A stretch of DNA of 64,000 bases from Patescibacteria group bacterium (GTDB lineage: Bacteria > Patescibacteriota > Saccharimonadia > CAILAD01 > JADZBC01): positions 14,457 to 78,456 of the forward strand of contig JBPOIL010000010.1 in NCBI GenBank assembly GCA_052034495.1, written 5' to 3'. A model generated the notes under the pieces. That model was not told the DNA's origin and made no database searches. It saw nothing but the letters and a program-made list of their open reading frames with translations. Shown one piece after another: positions 8,894-17,923 of the stretch. A program made the translations under genes and the position numbers. Each line of letters starts with the position of its first letter. The first letter of the stretch is position 1.

Positions 8894-11041
8894 CTAATCC
8901 CTGCCTATTACTTTCTTGCTAAGGTTCAATCTGCCTTGTGAATCGATCTCCACGAGCTTGACGTCAAACTCATCGCCTTCCTTCAGGACAGTGTTAATGT
9001 CCTCCACCCGCTCGTCAGAAATCTGGCTGATGTGCAGCAGGCCGTCTTTGCCAGGCATAATTTCCATGAAGGCGCCGAAGTCCATTACTCGCACGACTTT
9101 TCCCTTATATACTCTGCCGACTTCTGGCTCGGCCACAAGGCTCTCAATCCACTCTTTGGCAGCCCTGGCCGCAGACTCATCGTTTGAAGCGATCATTACG
9201 AGGCCGGTGTCATCAATATCGATCTCCACGCCCGTTTCATCGATAATACGGTTAATCATTTCGCCGCCCTTACCAATAACTTCGCGGATCTTTTCTGGAT
9301 TAATGTTGAGCTTGGTAATGCGCGGTGCATATGGGCTGAGTTCTGGTCGTGGTGCGTCTAGGATCTCGAGTAACTTGCCCATGATGTGCTCACGCCCCTC
9401 GTGCGCTTGGGCTAAGGCATTCTTCATAATCTCTACAGTAATGCCTTTAACCTTAATGTCCATCTGAAGCGCAGTAATACCATCACTCGTTCCGGCAACC
9501 TTGAAATCCATGTCGCCAGCAAAGTCTTCAGTACCCTGAATGTCAGATAATACAATGTACGTACCAGGCTTGTCGTGATCGAGTACAAGACCCATAGCGA
9601 TGCCAGCAACTGGTTTGCGAATAGGAACGCCGGCGTCCATGAGGCTCAACGTAGAACCGCACACACTCGCCATAGATGTGGAGCCGTTCGAGCTCAGAAT
9701 TTCCGACACAACGCGGATGGTGTATGGGAATTCCTCGTGATCAGGCAGAACAGCTAGGAGCGCCTTTTCTGCCAAGTAGCCGTGTCCAATCTCGCGACGG
9801 CCGGCTGAGCGCATTGGCTTGGCCTCGCCCGTGGAGTATGGCGGGAAGTTATAGTGGTGCATGTAGCGCTTCTTGGTGTCTTCTTCCATAGTATCGATAA
9901 GCTGTGCATCGCTGGCTGGGCCTAGAGTCACAACGCTCAATGCCTGAGTACTGCCACGAGTAAATAAGGCGGAGCCGTGCGTACGTGGTAGTAAGCCAGT
10001 GTCGCCACTGATTGGACGAATCTCGGTAGTAGCGCGACCATCAGGTCGAGCGCCATCCTCTAGAATTGCGCGTCGGATCTCCATATCAATTACCTTGCCA
10101 AAAGCAGCCTTCACTTCGGCACGCGGATAGCGATCCTCGTTGGCTTCGTCGGTTGGGTTGTCTTCTAGAAAAGCTAGCTGATCAATCGCGTGCTGGCGGA
10201 GTTCCCCAAGAGATTCATTGCGCAGCTTGGCATCCTTGTGGCGCACGCCATCGCCAAGCTTGCCATCAAGCACCTTGGCTACTTTTTCTATAACTTCGCC
10301 TTCTGGCATGTGAAGGTCGAACTTCTGGGCCTTCACGCCCACAGCGGCAGCCATCTCCTCTTGGAGCTGAATAACCGGCTGCCAGGCTTCCTTGGCCAAA
10401 TCAAGCGCTTCAATGATTACGTCTTCGGCCACTTCGTTAGCTTCAGCCTCGACCATCATGATGGCGTCCTTGGTCCCTGCGACAGTTAGGCTTAATTTGC
10501 TATTCGCTAGCTGCTCAGCTGAAGGATAGGCAATCAACTCATCCCCCGCCATTCCGATGCGGCATGCGCCAACAGGACCGTCAAATGGCGCGCCTGAGAG
10601 CATAAGCGCACTCGAAGCGGCAATGATACTGATGATATCTGGTGTATGCTCTAAATCGGCACTCAATACCACCACGACTACTTGAACGTCGTTACGATAC
10701 CCCTTAGGGAACAGTGGTCGAATTGGTCGATCGATTAATCGACTCGTTAGAATGGCCTGCTCACTTGGGCGGCCTTCGCGCTTCACGAATCTACTGCCAG
10801 AAATCTTGCCAGCAGCATACATGCGCTCTTCGTAATCAACCATTAGGGGGAAGAAGTCGATACCTTCTCGAGGTTCGCTCGATGTCGTAGCTGTAGCCAT
10901 AACTACGGTGTCGCCATAACGCACTGTTACCGCGCCGTCAGCCATAAATGCCAATTTACCTGTCTCAATCGTTAGTTCGCGTCCTGCAAACTGCGTAGTA
11001 AAACGCTGAGTTTTACCACCAAATGGGTGGATTATCTCCAT
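8894..11041 (-). CDS. pnp: Polynucleotide phosphorylase
   Basis: Two RNase PH domains (RREIGHG, SNGSTSMASVC, GDMDFKVAG), KH and S1 domains; start moved to the SD-led ATG at 11041. Confidence 0.97.
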   Translation of the reverse strand: MEIIHPFGGKTQRFTTQFAGRELTIETGKLAFMADGAVTVRYGDTVVMATATTSSEPREGIDFFPLMVDYEERMYAAGKISGSRFVKREGRPSEQAILTSRLIDRPIRPLFPKGYRNDVQVVVVVLSADLEHTPDIISIIAASSALMLSGAPFDGPVGACRIGMAGDELIAYPSAEQLANSKLSLTVAGTKDAIMMVEAEANEVAEDVIIEALDLAKEAWQPVIQLQEEMAAAVGVKAQKFDLHMPEGEVIEKVAKVLDGKLGDGVRHKDAKLRNESLGELRQHAIDQLAFLEDNPTDEANEDRYPRAEVKAAFGKVIDMEIRRAILEDGARPDGRATTEIRPISGDTGLLPRTHGSALFTRGSTQALSVVTLGPASDAQLIDTMEEDTKKRYMHHYNFPPYSTGEAKPMRSAGRREIGHGYLAEKALLAVLPDHEEFPYTIRVVSEILSSNGSTSMASVCGSTLSLMDAGVPIRKPVAGIAMGLVLDHDKPGTYIVLSDIQGTEDFAGDMDFKVAGTSDGITALQMDIKVKGITVEIMKNALAQAHEGREHIMGKLLEILDAPRPELSPYAPRITKLNINPEKIREVIGKGGEMINRIIDETGVEIDIDDTGLVMIASNDESAARAAKEWIESLVAEPEVGRVYKGKVVRVMDFGAFMEIMPGKDGLLHISQISDERVEDINTVLKEGDEFDVKLVEIDSQGRLNLSKKVIGRD

Positions 11042-11198
11042 GTGTCTCCTATTCTCCCTTTGTCTTCGCAAAAGGTGCTCTTCATAAGTGCCAGAGACAA
11101 TTGATCAACTTTTGATCACTTAACTCTATCACCTACAAAACGAGCAATTATTGTGTTCTATCTATGTCAAAAACGGCTGTCTAACGAACTGCTTGAAA

Positions 11199-11465
11199 TT
11201 AACGTCGAAGCTTGAGCTTCTTTACCAAAGACTCGTAACGTTTAGCGTCCTTCTTCTGGAGATAGTCCAAAAGTCGTCGGCGCTTACTCACCATTGCAAG
11301 CAAACCACGGCGGCTATGATTGTCGCCTTTGTGGAGCTTTAAGTGCTCAGTAAGTTGCTTGATTTTTTCGGTAAACAAAGCAATTTGAACCTCTGGTGAA
11401 CCAGTGTCCTTGCCGTGTACGGCGTTTGCTTTGATAAGTGTTTTCTTTTCAGTAGTTTGTAACAT
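11199..11465 (-). CDS. rpsO: 30S ribosomal protein S15
   Basis: [11 protein letters not shown]...[18 protein letters not shown]. Confidence 0.98.
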   Translation of the reverse strand: MLQTTEKKTLIKANAVHGKDTGSPEVQIALFTEKIKQLTEHLKLHKGDNHSRRGLLAMVSKRRRLLDYLQKKDAKRYESLVKKLKLRR

Positions 11466-11495
11466 CGTTATCCTATAGTAGCAGATTGTGCCTAC

Positions 11496-12143
11496 CTAAT
11501 CAAGGTGTACGGCGTCATCTAAATTATACTCCCCAACCCTGGTACGCGTGAGCGCACTCATGTAGGCACCTGTGCCCAGGGCCGCACCAATGTCCTCCAC
11601 GAGGCTACGAATGTACGTGCCGCTCGATACGTCAGCTCGAAAATGCAGTTTGGGGTAGCTATAATTCAGCAACTCAATGTGCGCGATGGTGACCTTGCGG
11701 GGCTCTATGGTTACTTCTTTGCCCGCTCGAGCCAACTTATACGCTCGCTGACCGCCTACCTTGATCGCCGAATATACTGGTGGCGTCTGCATAATCTCTC
11801 CCTGGAACTTGAGTAACGCTTGCCTGACATCGTCCTCGTCTGGTTGCTTATCAGACACCCGGGCTAGCTCGCCTTCGCGGTCCCCTGTTGTAGAGGTCTG
11901 GCCAAGCTTAGCCTCCACCTCGTAGGTCTTATCGAGCTTTAGGAAGCTATCTGCCTTACGGGTGTAGTCTTTGCCAACCAGAATGATCATCAATCCTTCG
12001 GCCTCAGGATCAAGCGTGCCTGCATGACCGACCTTTCGAATGCCAGTTATGCGTCGTACGCGCGCCACAACGCCAAACGAACTAATGCCCGTCGGCTTGT
12101 GAACCAACCACATACCCTCACCTGTAATTTCTGCATTTGCCAT
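11496..12143 (-). CDS. truB: tRNA pseudouridine(55) synthase
   Basis: KVGHAGTLDP, PPVYSAIKVGG, SSGTYIRSL. Confidence 0.96.
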   Translation of the reverse strand: MANAEITGEGMWLVHKPTGISSFGVVARVRRITGIRKVGHAGTLDPEAEGLMIILVGKDYTRKADSFLKLDKTYEVEAKLGQTSTTGDREGELARVSDKQPDEDDVRQALLKFQGEIMQTPPVYSAIKVGGQRAYKLARAGKEVTIEPRKVTIAHIELLNYSYPKLHFRADVSSGTYIRSLVEDIGAALGTGAYMSALTRTRVGEYNLDDAVHLD

Positions 12144-12157
12144 AACTACAGTATAGC

Positions 12158-13273
12158 CTAGCTAGCTTCGAGTGGACTCTTCATTTCGAATGGAGAACTT
12201 GGCGCCTTTGCTGCCTTCGATTCGTCCCGACCAGCGTCCAATGCTTTTTCCAGGTTGTTCGGCGTCTTCGCTCGGTTTATCGAGTTTTTTTTTAAGCCGT
12301 TTGACTCGTCTTTAGACTCCTTAGGAGCATCCTCGTCTGAGTTTGTCGGTTTAGGGTTCTTAGCTGGCTCATCTTTTGGCGCGTCTTTTGGCTCACCACT
12401 ATCGTCCGATTTAGCCGAGGCTTCTGTTTCTGCTGCAGGTTTTTCTTCGACCTTTTTAGCTTCTGGCTTTGGCTGAGAATACACCTTGGCTGGCTCTTGG
12501 GCTTTCGGCTGTGGCTGACGTTCCTGTGCAACAAGTGCCTTTACAATCTCCTGCTGTTTCGCACCTGCCGACATCATCTGGGCGGCAATGGTAAGTGCCT
12601 TAGCGGTAGTAGCTGGAGCAGTAAAGTTCGCAGTGTTAGACATGAAGCTGGCTAAGAATGCTGTAGCAATAGGCGCATCGATCATGCCCTGGCCAAGTGA
12701 TTCGATGGTAGAAATAAGGATTTCAGCCACACATGTAGCAGTCGTGTCTACCAGGTTCACGCTACCGTAATTATCATTAATACGGTGGTAGTCGATGTTA
12801 ATTAAGTGCAATCCATCAAAGATTGTCGGGCTCGCTTCGTGTAGCCTATCGAGCTTAGACAGAGATGGTACGCCAAGAGCGATTACCAAATCAAACTGGT
12901 ATGCTCCGTAGCCAAAGCTAACGTCCTTGGCCTGGAAGTTCCCGCCATGAGGAGTAATCGTTACATCCAAGCGCTGGCCTTCGACGTCGTATTTGACCTT
13001 ATCCACCTGAGTAGAATGCATATCTAGGCTGATTATGAAGTCCCGTACGCCCTGCATGTCTTTGGCCACCATAGATGTATCAAGCACGCTTGCAACTTTA
13101 GGCAAACGATCAGTTATAACCACATTAGCAACCTTGCCAAGCTTAGTAAGCACAGCGTGAAGCCCAACGGCACTGGCCAGCTGGTCGTTATTCGGATCAC
13201 GACCGGTCACAATAAGTATGTTTTGTGCCTGGCGGATCAGTTCGGTTGTTTGCTGTTTGGGTGTTAAATCCAT
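12158..13273 (-). CDS. DHH-family phosphoesterase-like protein with degenerate motifs
   Basis: DHH fold layout (NIDYH..N..YG.VNLVD), but catalytic motifs altered; low-complexity C-terminal tail. Confidence 0.7.
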   Translation of the reverse strand: MDLTPKQQTTELIRQAQNILIVTGRDPNNDQLASAVGLHAVLTKLGKVANVVITDRLPKVASVLDTSMVAKDMQGVRDFIISLDMHSTQVDKVKYDVEGQRLDVTITPHGGNFQAKDVSFGYGAYQFDLVIALGVPSLSKLDRLHEASPTIFDGLHLINIDYHRINDNYGSVNLVDTTATCVAEILISTIESLGQGMIDAPIATAFLASFMSNTANFTAPATTAKALTIAAQMMSAGAKQQEIVKALVAQERQPQPKAQEPAKVYSQPKPEAKKVEEKPAAETEASAKSDDSGEPKDAPKDEPAKNPKPTNSDEDAPKESKDESNGLKKNSINRAKTPNNLEKALDAGRDESKAAKAPSSPFEMKSPLEAS

Positions 13274-13358
13274 GAGAATCCTTTGAGATTCACTATAATA
13301 GCAATTTTTGAGTGATTTGTCAATACTAGCACAAGCTTTTTACAGGTATACAGGTCTG

Positions 13359-13385
13359 TGGCCCGGGGACGAATCCCCGGGCCAC
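13359..13385 (-). terminator. GC hairpin after orphan gene
   Basis: GGCCCGGGGA-TTCG-TCCCCGGGCC on the minus strand just after the stop codon. Confidence 0.6.
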
Positions 13386-13387
13386 GG

Positions 13388-13666
13388 TCACAACTTCTTT
13401 ACAACGCGCTCGGCAATCGGGCCCAATGCCCAGAAGATCGCACAGCTGGCGAGAAGCCAAACTGCGGTGGGATGGAACCCGGCGAGGAGAATGGCGGGGA
13501 TCGTGCCCGCAATCAGGCTCGTCAGCAACCGCCCGACCAGAATCAAACGCTTCTGCGCGCCCTGGTCTGGCCAACTGGGATCCTCCTTCCCAGATTCGCC
13601 GCTCCAGCCTGGAATTTGGCTTTCGTTCACGTCACGCTCCTTTGTAGCGTAGAGTTGTGCTTTCAA
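13388..13666 (-). CDS. GC-rich orphan membrane protein (2 TM)
   Basis: AAGGGA SD then TTG; two hydrophobic segments; terminal hairpin. Confidence 0.6.
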   Translation of the reverse strand: MKAQLYATKERDVNESQIPGWSGESGKEDPSWPDQGAQKRLILVGRLLTSLIAGTIPAILLAGFHPTAVWLLASCAIFWALGPIAERVVKKL

Positions 13667-13811
13667 AGTCCCTTGCGAACCTGCGCGAATTTTACGCCTA
13701 GATGGTCAGAATAACAAGCCGCCATGCCATAAGCTCATTGACTTTTAGCCTCAACTTTGCTAGTATTTATAGCCCTGTCCGCTTTATGCAAGTTCAAAAG
13801 GATGTACAAAC

Positions 13812-13970
13812 GTGCATTGCACGCATAGCCCATGTAAACTCACCTGCCCAGCGGTTCAGTCCGTCCTGGAATGGATCAAGCACATGCTCGACATGTTCGG
13901 GAACATCATGCTCAGTGGCGTAGAAACCCTGTGCGAAGACCTTCACCGACTCCCCCTCTGCACCCGCTAA
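13812..13970 (+). CDS. Unannotated 52-aa Cys-rich small protein
   Basis: Manual translation MHCTHSPCKLTCPAVQSVLEWIKHMLDMFGNIMLSGVETLCEDLHRLPLCTR; upstream TTGACT-17-TAGTAT and AAGGA; long hairpin downstream (~13989-14030). Confidence 0.45.
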   Translation: MHCTHSPCKLTCPAVQSVLEWIKHMLDMFGNIMLSGVETLCEDLHRLPLCTR

Positions 13971-14114
13971 GGGGCCAAGTCGCAAAGCGGATGGCGGTGT
14001 TCGAGGCCTCGCGGCCTCGGATGCCCATCCCAGCTATTATCCCACTCTCTTTACAGGAGAGCCCAGTTACGCTATAATAAGCGCTGTTTTAATTGATTCT
14101 AAGAAAGAGACTAC

Positions 14115-14522
14115 ATGCCAATTATCAAATCAGCCATTAAGCGCGTTCGTCAGCAAAAAGTCCGACGTGCTCGCAACGTGGAAACCAAGACCGAAGTCCG
14201 CAAGCAAATTAAGCTCTTCCGAGCTGATGTATCTGCTGCAGACCTTAAAAAGGCCCAGGCCGACCTCGTAGCTGCCGTGTCTAAGCTCGACCGCGCCGTA
14301 AAGCGTGGCGTATTGCACAAGAACACTGCCGCTCGTAAAAAGAGCCAGCTCACCAAAGAGTACAACGCCGTAGCGGCCAAGCCATATGGCACAGAGAACC
14401 CAGGCACTGCCAAGGCTAAGCCAGCCGCAAAGAAGGCACCAGCCAAGGCTCCTGCCAAAAAGGCCGCTCCGAAGGCAACTGCCTCAAAGAAGCCAGCTGC
14501 CAAAAAGCCAGCTAGCAAGTAA
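14115..14522 (+). CDS. rpsT: 30S ribosomal protein S20 with AKP-rich tail
   Basis: MPIIKSAIKRVRQ...LHKNTAARKKS. Confidence 0.96.
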   Translation: MPIIKSAIKRVRQQKVRRARNVETKTEVRKQIKLFRADVSAADLKKAQADLVAAVSKLDRAVKRGVLHKNTAARKKSQLTKEYNAVAAKPYGTENPGTAKAKPAAKKAPAKAPAKKAAPKATASKKPAAKKPASK

Positions 14523-14538
14523 AGGCTTCTCGCCTACT

Positions 14539-14566
14539 AAAAAGACCCTCATCTGAGGGTCTTTTT
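14539..14566. terminator. Bidirectional intrinsic terminator (rpsT/holA)
   Basis: AAAAAGACCCTC-ATCT-GAGGGTCTTTTT between convergent genes. Confidence 0.85.
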
Positions 14567-15503
14567 AGTTAGCCTGCTCGTCTTTCCTGCACAGAGCAAT
14601 AATCAGGTCCTGCAATGCGCCGCGGCTATCCTTGTTACCCGACTTAATGCTGTAATCGGCATCAATAATCAGCTTGTAGGCGTGCTTGAGGTCTTCCATC
14701 GCCACTCGCGTAGCAACTCGGCTGGCGTTTTTAGCCGCGTAGGGCGAAATACCAAAGTCCTTCATCCATCCGTCCCCTCGACCCAGGTTGTCGCTAGCAA
14801 GCACGATATTTCTATACTGCCACACTAACATAGCGAGTATCTGCTGATCAGCCACCCCCTGGCGAGTAAGTGCTTTGTACATTTTCATTGCTCGGTCCAA
14901 GTTCTGAGCCACCACTGAATCAGTTAGTTCGAATATAGTCTGCTCTACATTCGGCACCACAAGCTCATCGATTGCTGCTTGCGACACGTTAGGGTCATAA
15001 GCCACGAGCTTGCGGACTTCCTGGACTAATTGCCATTGGTCATTGCCAACCGTGCGAATCAGGTTCATAGCCAAGCCAGGGTTTATGCTCCCGCCCAGCT
15101 TGGTCGCCTCTGCAATCAGCCAATCCCGCAATTGTGGATCACTTAGCTTCTTGAACTCTTTGGCCTGTTTGAGTTTTGAGAGCGTTTTGAAGTATACACT
15201 ACGCCTATCCACCTTGGGTTCTTCTATGAGCATAACGGTCGTATCGGATACTGCAGCTAAGATATCGTCGATACTCTCGGTCGCCTTTTTGTTATCCCCC
15301 AACCCGCGCACGATTATGAATCTGCTCATAGCGAGTAACGGCATCACGGCCAAAGCATCGAGCAAATCAACGGCCTTCTTCTCGCCCATATCAATTACCT
15401 CGAGGTTCAAGTCGCCATCAGACTTTTTAATATAGTGCTGCTTGAGCCGCTCGACTTCCTGTCGCATTGCGTAGCTGTTCTCGCCATAAAAGAATAGAAT
15501 CAT
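14565..15503 (-). CDS. holA: DNA polymerase III delta subunit
   Basis: ILFFYGEN start, clamp-loader layout, ADYSIKSG end; adjacent to rpsT. Confidence 0.9.
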   Translation of the reverse strand: MILFFYGENSYAMRQEVERLKQHYIKKSDGDLNLEVIDMGEKKAVDLLDALAVMPLLAMSRFIIVRGLGDNKKATESIDDILAAVSDTTVMLIEEPKVDRRSVYFKTLSKLKQAKEFKKLSDPQLRDWLIAEATKLGGSINPGLAMNLIRTVGNDQWQLVQEVRKLVAYDPNVSQAAIDELVVPNVEQTIFELTDSVVAQNLDRAMKMYKALTRQGVADQQILAMLVWQYRNIVLASDNLGRGDGWMKDFGISPYAAKNASRVATRVAMEDLKHAYKLIIDADYSIKSGNKDSRGALQDLIIALCRKDEQAN

Positions 15504-15523
15504 ACCTTACATTGTACCCTACC

Positions 15524-16006
15524 TCAGGTATAGAGTTTGGCAATCTTCTCAATGATCTGGGTTGTCGACACCTCTTCACTAAAACGAGGAATTGCCACGA
15601 GCTGAGTGCCCTGAGCATTAAGCCACTCTTCGTCTTCGAACCAGGCCGGATGCTCTTGACCAAAGACAAAAAAGTCAGGTTTTAGATCTTTAAGCAGTTT
15701 GTGCCCACGAATGGCAAGGTTCGGGGTGTGGCTCGGGGCAATAAATACATAGTCAACGCCGCCTAGTCCGTCCACAATAGCCGCCCGCTGTTCTTGAGGA
15801 ATTATTGGTCGCTTTTCCCCCTTCCTAGCTCTTGCCCTGTCATCCGGGGTAATGCCAATAACTACAATTTCCCCCTGTGACTTCAAGTGTTTTACTAGGT
15901 CGAGGTGGCCGATATGAAAGAGGTCAAATACACCGCCCGAATATGCGATAGTCTGGCCTTCGTGCTTCTTGCGGATATCTGGAAGGTCTTCTAGCGGTAT
16001 GATCAT
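15524..16006 (-). CDS. Cytidylyltransferase-family protein (TagD/RfaE-like)
   Basis: GVFDLFHIGH, KRPII, VSTTQII. Confidence 0.88.
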   Translation of the reverse strand: MIIPLEDLPDIRKKHEGQTIAYSGGVFDLFHIGHLDLVKHLKSQGEIVVIGITPDDRARARKGEKRPIIPQEQRAAIVDGLGGVDYVFIAPSHTPNLAIRGHKLLKDLKPDFFVFGQEHPAWFEDEEWLNAQGTQLVAIPRFSEEVSTTQIIEKIAKLYT

Positions 16007-16030
16007 GTGACCATTCTACACTGTACTGGG

Positions 16031-16097
16031 AAATAAAAAAGGACCCTGCCGGCCGGCTCGCCTCCCGAAGGGTTTGAGCCAGCCAACCGAGTCGTCA
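16031..16097 (-). repeat. Hairpin/terminator repeat, copy 1
   Basis: Near-identical to 16633-16698 and 17529-17591; directly follows a TGA stop codon. Confidence 0.9.
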
Positions 16098-16487
16098 GTG
16101 GCACATGCGAGCATGACGCCTGGCCTCCTTGCGCGAGAAGCCATGCTCCATGTAATACTTGCGCGAGTCTCGCCGACGCCGCGAGCGCTCGAAGTCCTTG
16201 TGGACACCCGGCAAGAGACGCTCCGCCCCCATCTCACTGGAATAGTTCTGGCAAAAGTTAGCCAGGCACCTCAGAGGACTCTTCAGCCTTATGAGCACCA
16301 GTAGCAGTATGAGCACGGTGGCCGCACCACGCCACAACAAGACCAGCTTGAGCACGAACCACAACAGGCCGACGAAGACCAGAAGAGGGCCCATGCTCCA
16401 AGTCACCAAGCTGGCAAGCAAGCAGAAGCCTGCGAGCAAGATGGTAACGAACCCCAACTGCTGCCTCGTCATGGGATCTTGCGGCAA
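16095..16487 (-). CDS. GC-rich orphan membrane protein (start uncertain; frame open up to SD at ~16570)
   Basis: Three hydrophobic helices and a basic C-terminus; followed by repeat copy 1. Confidence 0.6.
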   Translation of the reverse strand: MPQDPMTRQQLGFVTILLAGFCLLASLVTWSMGPLLVFVGLLWFVLKLVLLWRGAATVLILLLVLIRLKSPLRCLANFCQNYSSEMGAERLLPGVHKDFERSRRRRDSRKYYMEHGFSRKEARRHARMCH

Positions 16488-16632
16488 CCACCAGCGGATT
16501 GCCGCGCGGGCATGCTGACGGACGGTCAGCGACGTATCGAGGTCAGTGGTGATCTCGGTGGTATTTCCTCCTTATGAGGTACGGGTGGACACACAAAGTA
16601 TGCTACTACGCATGGATAATTTCAACCCCTTG

Positions 16633-16698
16633 AAATAAAAAGGACCCCGCTGGCCGGCTCGCCTCCCGAAGGATTTGAGCCGGCCAGCCGAGTCGTCA
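16633..16698 (-). repeat. Hairpin/terminator repeat, copy 2
   Basis: Minus strand CGACTCGGCTGGCCGGCTC-AAA-TCC-TTCG-GGA-GGC-GAGCCGGCCAGCGGGGTCCTTTTTATTT. Confidence 0.9.
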
Positions 16699-16947
16699 CG
16701 CGCGAAGTTCGAGCTCCCTCTCGGTTCCATCAGCCGCCCGAACAATGATGACACCCCCCTCCAGGGCACCACACTCGACGAGCCATCCAAGCGTCTGGAG
16801 GGAAGACCTCAAGACCCAACTTGTATTCACGCCGAATCTGTCTTTGAGTCCTTCGAGGATGGCTTTCTCCTCGCGATTGACCCTGACCTGCAAGGTTTCC
16901 TCGCGGGACTGTGTACTGGACAAACTGAGCACCTGACGATCTGCCAC
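16696..16947 (-). CDS. Ribbon-helix-helix (CopG-like) protein, 83 aa
   Basis: SD AAGGAGG then GTG at 16947; TLQVRV strand plus two helices; paralogue of 17620-17850. Confidence 0.65.
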   Translation of the reverse strand: MADRQVLSLSSTQSREETLQVRVNREEKAILEGLKDRFGVNTSWVLRSSLQTLGWLVECGALEGGVIIVRAADGTERELELRA

Positions 16948-17019
16948 AACAACTACCTCCTTATTGGGTGCGGTGAAAACCGCTAGTATGGGGCTTTCTA
17001 ACCTAGACTTCAAGTCCAA

Positions 17020-17485
17020 AAACGAAAGAAGCCCCAGCCGGCCCCGCCCTTCCACCCGCCGAAGCGTGGTGGTTGGTACGGGACCGGCCGAAGCCGACGT
17101 GCGGTTGGCATGGCATGCATACTTCCCCGCGGGATGTCGCTGTCGCTGTGAGCTGAAGGCTGTGAGCCGACTGCCGATGGCGATGCGCAGGCTCCTGTGA
17201 CCCTGGGCAGGGGGCCGTAGACACACTCGAGCGCTCGAGTCAGGAGCTTTGCCTGCTCCAACCGTACCTCTAGTTCCCAGCTCTCGCCAAGGAGATTCGG
17301 CCTGCCTACGTATCAACCTACGTGGTGATCCGTGGATCTTTCCACTCCACCGTTCTGCGCAAGGCATCGGGTTTGGGGTCAATTCTCGTCTTTCCGAGCC
17401 GGCAACGGTCTCTCCCGTTCGTTTTTTAGATAGAAGGGGTTACGATCCCCACGTGATGGCGTCCGGCTTTTTGTTTTGCGGGACA
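17020..17485 (-). ncRNA. Candidate ~470-nt structured RNA
   Basis: Promoter TTGACA-16-TATAAT with extended -10 TG (17492-17519), many hairpins including two UUCG loops, 3' stem plus U-rich tail; no convincing ORF. Confidence 0.4.
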
Positions 17486-17528
17486 AAAAATATTATACCA
17501 AACTTACCCAATGTGTCAATAGGGCGAG

Positions 17529-17591
17529 AATAAAAAGGACCCCGCTGGCCGGCTCGCCTCCCGGAGGATTTGAGCCAGCCAGCCGAGTCGC
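17529..17591 (-). repeat. Hairpin/terminator repeat, copy 3
   Basis: Same ~65-bp sequence, about 30 nt after the stop codon of 17620-17850. Confidence 0.9.
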
Positions 17592-17619
17592 CAACGGCTG
17601 CAAGCACCGCAAGAGAACG

Positions 17620-17850
17620 CTACAGCAAGACATGAACGCGTTCAGTCGAACCATCTGCCCTACGGATAAATAGCTCACCGCCCTTGTCTTTCACCTCCTC
17701 CAGGTACCATAGGTACATCTTCATCGCATCATTGGTCAAGGCGGCAAGAGATCTTTCCATATCTGTCGACCGCTCTCTCAGCCTGGTGGCCGTAGCCGGA
17801 TTGAGACTCAGTGACATCTTCACAGCCGGCACCGCATCAGTCCTGGGCAT
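17620..17850 (-). CDS. Ribbon-helix-helix (CopG-like) protein, 76 aa
   Basis: KMSLSL strand plus helices; C-terminal GGELFIRRADGSTERV matches GGVIIVRAADGTEREL of the neighbour; promoter TTGAAA-17-TATAGT. Confidence 0.65.
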   Translation of the reverse strand: MPRTDAVPAVKMSLSLNPATATRLRERSTDMERSLAALTNDAMKMYLWYLEEVKDKGGELFIRRADGSTERVHVLL

Positions 17851-17923
17851 TGCGCACCTACCTTGCATTAGGGATTACGGATGATTACGATACTATAACA
17901 CTATAGTTAATACTTTTCAATAG

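Noticed and set aside
16948-17382. N-terminal part of the 228-aa ORF
   Set aside because: Crosses a terminator-like element and a promoter; the SD-led GTG at 16947 is the better start.
16031-17591. CRISPR array or integron attC array
   Set aside because: Repeats are ~65 bp with 500-800 bp gene-containing spacers; no cas or integrase genes; no RYYYAAC/GTTRRRY boxes.
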